The notes below the pieces were generated by a model, which worked only from the letters and a program-made list of their open reading frames with translations, was not told the origin of the DNA and ran no database searches. A stretch of DNA of 64,000 nt from Halocafeteria seosinensis (lineage: Eukaryota). Positions 9,001 to 17,040 of the stretch are shown here, in pieces. Numbering within the stretch: the stretch's first letter is position 1; each line of letters begins with the position of its first letter. The DNA is taken from the NCBI GenBank assembly GCA_001687465.1, contig LVLI01000084.1, positions 186,001-250,000 of the forward strand. Direction: 5' to 3'. The position numbers and the translations under genes were made by a program.

Positions 9001-11886
9001 GCCGTCGCCACTTGTAAACCAGAGGTGGAAAATGAACTGTCTAGGGTCCGGAAACAGCTCGCTGAGGCAGAAAATAATCTTCGTCATTATGAAGACGACA
9101 TGTTAAGTGCCTTGGCTAATGCATCCTCAAGCATTTTAGAAGACGATACTCTCGTCGATAAGATCGAAAGTTCCAGAACTGCTGCAAAAGAAGTGACGAA
9201 GAGCATAACGCATCTGACGGAAACACAGACCCATCTGGATAACTTACGGAATGACTTTGTCGAACTAGCTTCCACTATCAGCACGCTAGCGCTGTCTGCG
9301 CAAAGGATAACGGTTATTCGTAGTTCATATGCATGTTCGTTTGGCCAGATGGCAGAGCAATTTCGAGCACTACTTCTCGAAGAGTATACAAAATCTAGCT
9401 CTCCTGGCGAAGTAATTAATGCTGTAACTCAACGGTTGTTTAGATATGTGAGCCGTCGAATTGCTTCCACTGATCGACCCCTCCTGGCATTGGACTTTAT
9501 AAGGGGTCTGGGGGGATATGTTGCTCATACCGTACAAAAGCCGGCCTGCTTACGATGTAAGATGAATGAGCAAGAAGAACTGTGTCTTAACTTTCTTATG
9601 GGGAAAAGACTAGACCTCGAACAAAGCTCTAGAGGCTACGTTGCCGATTCAATTACTACAGCCCAGAAACCCCCATGGCTACCCTCAGACAGGTTTCAGT
9701 CTTTACTCACCCTTGCTCACCATGTCCCAGATATTGACGAAGTGTTAAAAGACTTCTTGGACAATGACAGTAGATTCAGAGAATGGTGGTATACTTCAGG
9801 GCCGGAAGTGAGCAAACTACCTTTAAGTTGGCACTTTGTGGATGAGCGTCCGCTTCTAAAGTCGGCCGTCGTGAAAGCCTTACGGCCGGATTGCCTATAT
9901 GCTTCTATAAAATCGTGTATAAAAGAAATGCTGGTAGACGGAGAATTCTACTTGGAGCCGGACTCGCGTTTCAGCCATCAAGCCATATTAGGAGACATGT
10001 TCAAGAGAACGTCTTCCAGCAAGCCGCTGCTAGTCATTTCTGAGGGAATTGAAACAGACGAATTGCTTGGCACACTAGGAGATGGGCAGCAGCCTTCCTG
10101 GCACGCAACTTATTCTTTGGATGCCGGACACGAGAGCACTGTCGACGAGGCGATAGAGGGCGGCATGCGCAAGGGTCTTCGCATTGCGGTTACCAACATA
10201 CAGTTATCCCCTCGCTGGATGAAGAAGCTAAACCTCCTATTTACTTCTCCGGATCCCGATTATTCGTACCCCGTCCATGGAAACTTCAGACTGATACTGA
10301 ATTGCTCTGCTGATAGCGTAGAGTTGATTCCAAGAAGCTTTTTGGCAGACTGTGTAACTGCATACGTTGAGCCAAGCGACAATCCACAATTAATGCTGCG
10401 ACGGACATTCACCACCATAGATCGAGAGACATATGAGGATTACGATTTCAGAACAAAGCGGCAATATATAGCATTGTGTCTACTGCACGCACTCATGTGC
10501 CAGCGGCGACTGTTTGGATCTGTCGGTTTTCGACACAATTATAGTTTCGGCTCCTCCGATTTTGATTCTGCGTGGGCTGCGATGTCAACGGAAGAGGAAA
10601 TGAACGAGACCGACTTATGGAGAACTGCGAGGTTTACTGTCACCAATGTCCTGTATGGTGGCCATATTTTTAGTGAAAGCGACCAAGACATCGTTAATGC
10701 CTATGGCCAGCACTATTTTAGGGAAGCTTTGTTGTCGTCAATTCCACTATTCCCCCTGCAGGAAGCTGTCTTGAGCAAATACTTCCAGGGAGCCCGGGAA
10801 AAAGACTGGGCTAATAACCATTTATTCGTTCAGTTGAATGAGGCAATGACAGGCTATGATCGGTTCCTCAACTTCCTGGACTCCAATGAAGCTCTCAGAG
10901 GCTCCCATCCATTCATATTCGGGTTGCATATCAACGCCACGACAGACGTGAACACGGAACAAGGAAGCGAGCTTATGGATAAATGGAAACGTATCGTCGT
11001 TAGCGACGATATACCCGCTAGCACACCTTCGTCCAGGGACAATAACAGAATGGACAAACTCATCGAACTAGCGAACAGTCTATTGCCATCAATTACCGAG
11101 TGGGCAGGAGTTACGAAGACGGTCGATCTGAACACTGCGCCGGAAGAAGAATTTACAGAGAGCTATATTGAGATCGTCCGTGCTGAATGCAACCTGTTCT
11201 TTAGAGGAGTCGAAAGGATTCGCATCGACCTAACCCGTCTACTGAGCCATGTGCAAGATGGATCACAACTCGTTGCTGAAGATCAAGCCTTAGCGGAAGC
11301 CTTGTTGCTCGGCGACATGCCACGATCCTGGCAAAACTTCTTTTGGCAGACAACTCTTTCGCTCGCATCGTTTTTCGGACTCTTGGAAGGAAGCTATAAA
11401 CAGCTTCAAAAATGGCTCAAAGATGGATACGTAGCAGTCCCATCAGACGCATGGCTTCCTGGTATGTTTCGGCCTCAAAACCTACTCTCTGCCGTGGTGC
11501 AAGAGCATTCACTGGCACGCCGTGTTGCAGCGGAAAAGCTAAGCGTGCGAGTGAAGCCAACAGAAAAGAAGGATATTGCCGACGTCGCCGGCAGACCAGT
11601 ACTTGGGATATACCTCCATGGGATAAAACTAGAGGGAGGAGAGTACACTATCCGATCTAAAACCTTAGAGACACCACATCAATTACAGTCGTATTCGCCC
11701 CTGCCCTTGCTTTTGGTCTCGACGACAGAAACCTCGAAGGAGAGAAGCAAAACGGGAACTGTTAACATCCCTGTCTACCGAACGAAGAAGCGCAATATCA
11801 AGCTTTTTGATATTTCGTTTCCTACTTCCATAGGCAGCTCCACGTGGGTCCTTGCTGGCACTGCCGGAATACTCGAAGAAGAATAG
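13..11886 (+). CDS. Dynein heavy chain, axonemal (outer-arm-like motor), divergent; 5' end probably lies outside the window
   Basis: 3957-codon uninterrupted ORF. AAA1 P-loop GPAGTGKSET (3337-3360) with CFDEFNR, YDWGLRALK, AAA2 GDPLSGKTS, and WIVLDGDVD...DDNRVLTL...ATPATVSRTG. Coiled-coil stalk with MTBD (LTELKSMKNPP), AAA5 WPLIYDPEG, AAA6 YGGHI. The ORF starts at TTG at the window edge. Confidence 0.95.
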   Translation: MSEEWKSICYNSSDNASLQQYVELAGRDLSWHFDTERLENFFGQWINAFHELDSIPAETHVNCVEVTFVGIRGKLKNLILARIGSVLQCILETLLSRLIFLGSLIRAANTLVSTDFWAKVLSDLNKFVPSRFEDVIESIRNTESKRKKLEIKNHFDCFSPDLGFLYEACPLFPAWLNEIAGCSLEVGCSSSLFVTSQMYAFFHRDRSIRAGFSSMDEILKYVLGSEDDDSQHHSVSSSLRAYLDKETKREITAFNAMQKIAIEGRVLNDSVTEMRREWESMISNLKVSREAYSDMLQDTQVETEEHFSKHVQEVHSYQDEVSETFSEIFKGPAEENPANVHKRINAWPTLLQSLKGNIGRVYVFLHDHFQRLCSLWRKHCRLCGCSDLLSGSDNSFLSTDHDFVRYLALKEAGDGLPVNSRTSLYSSEKSLLNQFYLLREFKKVTDAAHDISITIEGYWSTSWKELEFDGLQEDVNRIAYLSEEVVSGFVDIPLFNGLTNMCYVLRSVSPLVAELLDGAVKARHWNLIELVTKQTLPSLEGLRFGDVLSVDLKRHRTACTDIVSQAKREAKVEAQLVNIKNFWKSAKLEFSAYEDSAAAATESSAEIKTHTVTNADWVFETIDEQQFEIQGSLAYLSSMSGFELSSTLVREWKSSCYNMCLELSELLAVIRENTHLLLTAQNMWTTMEGVFMSSRDIASTLPEDTRRFTTVDTELCGVLDEMHSFQWVENTLGMKGQVDKLSGIVTELEKCYKALHEYLDDKKKEFPRFFFVSDDTALKMLSRGNTPERALPLVQSCFPNIGTVSLGRSAEACSETRRMFLSDGTIGRTENVDYNFIVEHTKANVGCSFHSVHSERVALVPKLRLEGSAEWWMSLLEQSIKVTMRGLAKDVLEDEEALRFSNNSMKWVSSYPMQTVLMAARVAWTDSMEDALDATESGEWEALSRMETKLNNIVATCAQRLKESRNEVLLEQKLASLIVFFLGGRDCLYHLKDIPSPGVDCFEWRQQIRMYAGYNDSSPYGERLEKFLYSKDEPELASDPEPVDYHGRKYPQEELGRDSVRVRILGMAADLGHDYVGDYPHLVITPLTSRCFLSIATAMRLIHGCQLSGPAGTGKSETAKEFARLLEYPVYVFNCGPSLESTYMSNVLKGLSYLGAFGCFDEFNRLDMSVLAACATAVRSIFAGLLQLAQVGNTESDGSAGEDRFLSQGIETNVLLDGEDIRLRSSCAILTTMNPSYSGRITMPESIKSIFRTCSMVIPDSSRICEVLLFSRGFEYANSLSTKLFECLNMVRSMVSPSKQYDWGLRALKGVVDLSSHYLQGRRAAASSFHSEILLVCQALSDFKRGSLLPADEQMFDQVVNAVFLEASESNRTRDSKKSEESKLKESCSASGLQADSNFIDSLHQLKSLLDVRHTVSILGDPLSGKTSIWTTLAHSLSSGEHSVSEDDLLSTHGTFPTLSNSRSLSLGIQSRGDDNRKNICASEVIPSKSFRRTDLYGHMDVTGTWQDGVLTHFFREMAKGQGPYSSSKGVQQKWIVLDGDVDAGWVEDMNSVMDDNRVLTLPTNERILMPSDMRIILETTTLESATPATVSRTGVLYVQGAGVHRHIVDSFVSTCKQRYKFLGREAVAVRSVIDEHFDNLVDMVVTRFPQGESISKAGLASSVCTLWSCLIREAKQTVADSSTTVRLNMSIIESLFFFAASWSILGFLSHICSENTDPFRLRKQISQVLLDTFRNVSFSWPSLEDDWTILDYCVNPVSSSYQSGSSVTSGSTLSRAGPRQVWTSFSEVGVAPRWRLASWEPPYAPSVARFGLQNIVLPSLAGNAVATMASLLLKRRYPVLIEGARGSGLSMFLRWTGQRALEVFDSTVFQTDVSDTDFPLEEVSKSPTVDFVRFVSLSQRWTSREIKDHLADNLEQRGTRMLAPRRQGFSEQEPKLVYIVDDCHLGQKDSYGSQSSSEFLRSLLDLGGWIEPRSGFSRKLVTDVSVLLGQHIPCQSHQCVPERLAHRATLMPTLPLSKDSLSNVFQYVLDHSSGRSNIKEQDISAAVDTLAEACSCGTDTIPNFSYRSIFRVFFSALQFLEDDEEKRMKSLSGFVREGLYGNTRTHYEESKEEEDTVTSIPIPTLSSSNQLCTSYEYTTQVYARIEDLYCDSKEASSSFESYNFFEEFADVALKVLSAIAVPSDHFCILGPRGIGKRALVNVASSISQAEIWDFPSMENPKPLDAARSMLRHLLSHSAVRIVALVPQEKLTDELVYAIIEELSNPLVLPALFDKDDREFVHQSLKQQAKQLGLNVPTDDDKGVEELGAQFIAQRLTIGIVLGDSASEAAYRIASLQTQFSQINVESWSEESHFAVASNILLDDSVQSLKTRPSQIWKDLLKLPEELQLRYPSFFSIQKTVEPASEDLLISVCHQLVSIYHSISGDGATLPSFSSFLSFVRQFKLILLWHIQHLRKQKHRLRSGLQMIEDCNQDTARTEQDLKEAQQNLSKKQAHVNELLKELETENDEAMKQQEEVNREREIAENFSAEEKEAEAQANEQLQDAEPALEEAKASITSLETSTLTELKSMKNPPEPILALGKVLQILLGNDRVGNSWDALKRMMSRIDLFKRRLEMLDARFDLAEGQVSRLEGYVFSEMFNFEKMKGTNIAAAHLAKWAQKTIEYHKVYKKIEPLIQKKNETEKRRQEADKKLQKVEGKLKKVQQRVERLQSQYDDADQQKRSLEDEATELQNRLERSRRIIESLSSEQERWRDILEEKTEEFSESCQMSILMAAFTQFSGRFVADMRHALQKKWESIVDFHGFLDLETIKGWLVDQATSSEWRATGLPPDPISIQNGAIVFSSPSWPLIYDPEGEFSRWLIRLLGSYDNDALRVFSSFNEFIPKRAHEEDVKLNPVRELAATGGSMVVKDLSPQAYPQSLEDLLHQKFEMSISTHLGTCKWNVRIGSRLILLDPSFLLFICARQYNDVVNSSSPFMTFINGETNQASMETTLLGHAVATCKPEVENELSRVRKQLAEAENNLRHYEDDMLSALANASSSILEDDTLVDKIESSRTAAKEVTKSITHLTETQTHLDNLRNDFVELASTISTLALSAQRITVIRSSYACSFGQMAEQFRALLLEEYTKSSSPGEVINAVTQRLFRYVSRRIASTDRPLLALDFIRGLGGYVAHTVQKPACLRCKMNEQEELCLNFLMGKRLDLEQSSRGYVADSITTAQKPPWLPSDRFQSLLTLAHHVPDIDEVLKDFLDNDSRFREWWYTSGPEVSKLPLSWHFVDERPLLKSAVVKALRPDCLYASIKSCIKEMLVDGEFYLEPDSRFSHQAILGDMFKRTSSSKPLLVISEGIETDELLGTLGDGQQPSWHATYSLDAGHESTVDEAIEGGMRKGLRIAVTNIQLSPRWMKKLNLLFTSPDPDYSYPVHGNFRLILNCSADSVELIPRSFLADCVTAYVEPSDNPQLMLRRTFTTIDRETYEDYDFRTKRQYIALCLLHALMCQRRLFGSVGFRHNYSFGSSDFDSAWAAMSTEEEMNETDLWRTARFTVTNVLYGGHIFSESDQDIVNAYGQHYFREALLSSIPLFPLQEAVLSKYFQGAREKDWANNHLFVQLNEAMTGYDRFLNFLDSNEALRGSHPFIFGLHINATTDVNTEQGSELMDKWKRIVVSDDIPASTPSSRDNNRMDKLIELANSLLPSITEWAGVTKTVDLNTAPEEEFTESYIEIVRAECNLFFRGVERIRIDLTRLLSHVQDGSQLVAEDQALAEALLLGDMPRSWQNFFWQTTLSLASFFGLLEGSYKQLQKWLKDGYVAVPSDAWLPGMFRPQNLLSAVVQEHSLARRVAAEKLSVRVKPTEKKDIADVAGRPVLGIYLHGIKLEGGEYTIRSKTLETPHQLQSYSPLPLLLVSTTETSKERSKTGTVNIPVYRTKKRNIKLFDISFPTSIGSSTWVLAGTAGILEEE

Positions 11887-11901
11887 CGCCAACAGGCCTT
11901 T

Positions 11902-13693
11902 CTAACAGTGCAGACTGGCATGTTCATACCATTCAAGCAATCTTTGAACCCCACTGTAGTGTATGAGTGCAGCAACAACGACCATTACGTGGAAGATTTG
12001 ATGTGAAGCGAACTGCATCATGAAAGAAGAGCAAAAGGGAGTGGCCGGTTGTGCATGCGGGTTAGGCAACCATGGCAGAGAGACGCGTACGTACCAAGAT
12101 ATCGAAATGGCCAGGAGTAAATCGTTCAGGGATCCTCACAGCGTATAGAACGGCGCCCAATATGTAGAAAGTGCCCATAGCGACAAGATGCCACACCGCA
12201 GGTAGAAGCAGCTCCAATTCTAAGTCATAATTCATGTAGAGCATATGAATTACGGGAATAACACCGAATAGTCCGGTTCCAATAAAAACGCCCACTCGTA
12301 GAGGTGCGAAAGAAGGCTTAGAGAAGTACGGAACTACAATGCACGTAGTTGATGCTAAACAAGCTGTTCCGAATATCGCAAAGTGTGCTGTCCTCCAGAA
12401 TGTATCGCATGAAAAGCCATAATAAATTATTGGGACAGCACTCCCGGCGATGAGTACGTTGATCCCCGCGTAATCGATCTTCACCAGACGGTTATACCAT
12501 TCCTGACTTACTACACAGAACCAGTGAAATGTGACACTACATGCTAAGCAAGTTACTGCACTTCCCATGAAGACAAATATAGGCCATTTTGTAGTAGTCA
12601 CATCTTTTTGGTAGGCGATGTAGGCGAGAGCTTCGCTGGACAGACTATTTAGCATTTCCCCAGCAGAATATAGTTGATCCATTGAGGCAGATGCATGCTG
12701 CGAGCAATCGTTTACACACAATATAATTCTAGAATAGCTGTGCCCTGTCTGTACCAACGTACCTTTCTACCTAGCTTCTGCGCTTTGCGACAGACTGAGC
12801 GGATCCTACCTGCCACAGCGTCGAGCCCTCGACGACTTCTGACAGCTGCGTTTTCCAGAGCCCCGTTTGACAACGATAGAAGCGAATTCTGCAGCAGAGA
12901 GACAGATGCGGGAAAGTAGCAATCGCCAGCGAGATTCATGTCATACCCATGACCCTTGAGTACATACTTGCACAGCTTGCCATCGGGTTTCCACTCGATC
13001 TAACGTTTCAAGGAGATGAATTCGCGCTGTGCGTACACTATTTGATGTCAAATCCCTAGTGTATGAAAGCTTGCTCCGTATATCCCGCGTTAGACGCCGG
13101 ATATTCACAAACGAACTCCGTGCCTGGGAAAATGTGGGTGGAAGGGACATTTGAGCAACACCAAAAGAATGTGTGTATATCCCTCCACTCAAGACCGAAT
13201 ATTCGCACGACTGAAACCGATCACAGGGAAACGTGCTAACAGCTTTTTCGGATTCCCACCCAACACATTGCGCTCTTCCAGCCAAGGTCGCCGCGATTTC
13301 CGCTACAACTTCTGAAGGCTGCTGAGTTTCCAGTTCCGCTACTGTTTCAGCGGGAGAAGTGTCTTGCAGATAGCTTAGCTCAATGTACAACAAATGACCT
13401 GCTAGTGTAACAAAAATGATCATCCCAATCAAGTGCGTCCAAATATTCATCGTCTCATTATGTATTTCAAAAATCGATCGAAAAGCTCCCTTAAGATCCA
13501 CTTCACCGCGGTATCCAGTGTAAATGTACTCCTCCAGCAAGTGGTCCTGTACATCGCGATGGGTCAGCATATGCTTCCTTCCACTCAGTTTGGACTTCAG
13601 CTTCCTTGTACGAGGCTGGGCCTCTCCTGTATTCGAAGTGTTGTTTTCCGCCGGAGCGCCCATTGTTGCTTCCGGTTTCTTCTCTTTATCCAT
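11902..13693 (-). CDS. PAQR / adiponectin-receptor (haemolysin III) family membrane protein, 4 exons
   Basis: EEYIYTGYR...HNETMNIWTH, SVTFH, DYAGI and PERFTPGHFDI. A spliced last exon (intron 12094-12013) reads FASHQIFHVMVV, with stop TAG at 11902-11904. Confidence 0.92.
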
Positions 13694-14073
13694 CCGTGAC
13701 TCTGTCCACTTCCACTATGTTGAAGAAGGAAAACTGTGGGTCGAAGAAGACAAAAGAACTTCCTCGGACGCCTTCTGCTGAGTGTACAGTATCAATCAAT
13801 TGAAGCTATCGCGTGCGTGCTGCTAAAGTGGACAAGAACAACAAAAAACCAGCTGCTCTGCTATTCTCCGTGAAATGAAAATGAAGAAAGGGGACCCTGA
13901 ATTAATATATACAGTTTTGAGGCTGAAATCATTCAATCCTAATGATATCTAAACATGTATTATATCGTGTATACCACTCTCCTACAGTCTCTCCATCTTG
14001 GGAGGATTGATTGAGTAGTGGTGTAGGAGTTTCTTCTGCTTGGCTTTGATAGCTTGTGTGTTACCAGGATAAA

Positions 14074-14664
14074 ATGAATGACTTATTTTCTCATAACATT
14101 TATAAACGAGCGCGTCTGAATCGCTCGGGAAGAGCCGTGGCGCGTTCCAAGGGCCCCTTAGAGCCGAAGCAGGGCTCGATTGAGGCTGATTCAGCTTCCT
14201 ATACACCGCGGATTCACGATGAAAGTAGTTGGATGAATGCACTAAGTAATAGCTCAAGCAGTCGGAAAGGAGACACGGAAAAGCGCACGCAATATCAGCA
14301 GAGGACCCTGGATGGCTTCTTTGGTCGAAGCCCCTCCGGGGGCGCCAAATCTACAACGAGCGCAGCTGATGCTTCGGAGGCCCCTGATCTTCCCATGAAT
14401 GAGGTTTCCATCCCTACACAACAACAGGAGAAACACTCTGACCAGAAGCAACTAGGGAATGGATATCACCCATTAGTTACACCGTTGGATAGCCTATTGC
14501 AGCGCCGCAATGCATCGGTGGGACTCACCAAAGAGCTGACAGACATTTTGTACCAGTGTGAGACGGCCAAGGCTTTGCTTCATTATATACCTGCGGAGCA
14601 AGCTGCTGAATTCGAGGTCGATGAACTAGGTGATAGCAGTTCGGAAGATGAGCAGCTACATTAG
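14074..14664 (+). CDS. Hypothetical low-complexity protein with a canonical PIP box
   Basis: ORF of about 196 aa from ATG 14074; QRTLDGFF at 14299-14322. An upstream exon is possible (acceptor-like ccag at 14067). Confidence 0.6.
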   Translation: MNDLFSHNIYKRARLNRSGRAVARSKGPLEPKQGSIEADSASYTPRIHDESSWMNALSNSSSSRKGDTEKRTQYQQRTLDGFFGRSPSGGAKSTTSAADASEAPDLPMNEVSIPTQQQEKHSDQKQLGNGYHPLVTPLDSLLQRRNASVGLTKELTDILYQCETAKALLHYIPAEQAAEFEVDELGDSSSEDEQLH

Positions 14665-14703
14665 TGTGATGTACTATTTATTAGTTGAGTCCTAGGAGGA
14701 TTA

Positions 14704-16149
14704 TTATTCGAATCCTGGTGAACTCTGTAACTCGTGATTGTCCCGAATATCCATGGGCGATAGCACAGCCTCCATCACATTCTTCATGATTTCAAGGATG
14801 GTAACTCCAGGATTTTCTCGAGGGTCTGCGTGGAGATGGATGGAATGGAACACGTTCGAGGAATATTTTGGAAGCAGATTGATGAACGGAAAATACGGTA
14901 TGCCGTCGCACAGATCAGGCAACTCGTTGCACGAAACTATTCCAAACTTTACTCCATACTGAGCCAGGCTTCTCGAGAGATGTCTCAGAGTGGGTACCAA
15001 CTGTTGACAGGGTCCGCATTGCGGAAGTGAAAATACTAGAACCCATATGTTGGGCGAGTTCAAGACTTCATTATCTATAATATCCGGGTTTATCTGTACC
15101 AGAGTAGAGGTGGACACTTCATCGATCCAATGCTGAATACTTTCGGTATTCAATTCTCCGTCATACTCCTCGACTCCTCCTTGGGTGGTAAAGAGTCGAA
15201 GCAATGGGTACTGCAGGAACACACACTGTAATAATGGATCAGCTATGGCTGAAAAGCCATTTTTTTTTACCTACCGCATGGATATCTTGCTCCTCACATA
15301 TTCGCCGTTTTTTCTCGCAGTTGACCGCTCCGAATGTCATCTTATCTTGGAGTAGCAAGGCAAGTCGTTTATACTGTGGTGCCAGATGCTGGCAGTGGAT
15401 GCACCAAGGCGCATAAAACTCGACTAGGAGCGGTCTATCTAACTTTCGAAGACGCTGCGGCGATAGATCTGTCAGACCTATCGGCAGTATAAGGTCGGTA
15501 TCTCCTTGGTAAAACCCGTCGCTCGCTGCCTTGTTTCCTTTGCGTTTCTGAGCACGTCTGTACTCCCATTCGGTCTCAAATTTCTCACCACCGAAATTGT
15601 CGACTGCACAGACGTGGTCCTTATGTGCGGCGGTTAAGGGACACACACGTAGTCCAATAGAATACAAAAAATGACATACATATACTTCGTGTATCGGGAT
15701 CTCCTAAAATCTCGTATGCTCTACTAATCTCCTCGAACTTCTCTTGTAGTTCTGTCCTCTGATATTCCGTCAACTTGATGTTATCTCCTTGTTTATCCGG
15801 GTGAAATTTCAGAGACTGTATCGCATAAACAATCCACGTGATTTCAACCCGCTACGATGGTGGATACATATAGCTACGCTACGGTACCTGTTTCCTGAAG
15901 GCTCGTCGAATCTCGTTCTGACTTGCCCTTTTGTCAACCCCTAGCATCTGCATAAGGGTACAATAAAATCAACCAGTCGGTCCCGTGGCGGGCTCCAATT
16001 CAGACGATGAGTCCAAGAGACAGTATTCAACGTACTTGATATGGATCAAAGCCTTCCGGGAGGTCTTTGAAGAAGTCATTCTGTGGGGCGCCATGGACAA
16101 CCGTCACAACTGCGCCGAAAAGCAAGACTCGGAACCAGGTACTCTTCAT
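14704..16149 (-). CDS. Secretory J-domain + 2x thioredoxin protein (ERdj5/DNAJC10/DNAJC16-like), multi-exon
   Basis: Signal peptide MKSTWFRVLLFGAVVTVVHG. Spliced J domain (FDPYQ|MLGVDKRASQNEIRRAFRK...FHPDK...AYEILGD). Thioredoxin motifs FYAPWCIHC and QCGPC. Confidence 0.85.
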
Positions 16150-16402
16150 TGCAAGTCCCCGTCGCGACCGATGAGGGAGATATTTCCCGAAAGTTGAACT
16201 TCTACACGACAAAATTCACTATGGTAGACATTACATACATTTGTGGAATGCCTTGGGGATAGCCACGTGTTTTCTAGAACAAACAACATAATGAGTGAAC
16301 GATTTGTTTGCTCGATTGCTCCAAAATTCATTCACGAGCCATATACACCCGGGTTTGGATACTATTGTTCGTGGAAACTCTATACTGCCACTACCAAGAA
16401 TC

Positions 16403-17026
16403 ATGAGAGCCGTCGTGCAGAAAGTCCTTGAAGGCAGCGTGATCGTGGAAGGCTCTGAAGTAGCCAGCATTGGACGAGGATTGGTATGTCTCATTGGAAT
16501 TGCTCGAGATGATAAGTACGAAGATATGAACTGGCTTGTGTCCAAGATACTCAATGGAAGGTTTTTCGAAGACGAAGATAAGATGTGGAAGAAAAGGTAC
16601 GTTGACATTCTTATCGAAGAATCCATCCGCGTAGTAGCACATTAGCGCGGTTTGATTCTGATTCACCACAACAGTGTGAAGCAAGTTGGAGGAGAAGTGC
16701 TTCTAGTCTCCCAATTTACATTGCACGGCTACCTACAAGGCACCAAACCCGATTTCCATAGAAGCATGGGTGGTACAGAGGCGGAGGCGTTTTTCAACGA
16801 ATTTATAAAGAAGATGCAGTCGGAGTATGAGTCTGACAAAATAGCGTCAGGCTCCTTTGGTGACATGATGAAGGTCAGCCTAACTAATGACGGTCCGGTT
16901 ACTCTGAACCTGGATAGTCGGAATCGCCAAAATAAGGACCCAGAACAAATCCTTAGCAGAGCCGGCCAGTCTGCATCCTCGGCATCCTCTAGCACGAATG
17001 GTGATAGAGACTCACAACGAGGGTAG
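16403..17026 (+). CDS. DTD1: D-aminoacyl-tRNA deacylase 1, 2 exons (intron 16597-16674)
   Basis: MRAVVQKV start, SQFTL motif, KPDFH, and the NDGPVT Gly-cisPro motif. Confidence 0.95.
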
Positions 17027-17040
17027 AGTACTTCTTGTGC

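Noticed and set aside
159..11660. Many short ORFs antisense to or overlapping the dynein ORF (and likewise over other genes)
   Set aside because: Shadow ORFs of real coding regions, with no recognisable motifs.
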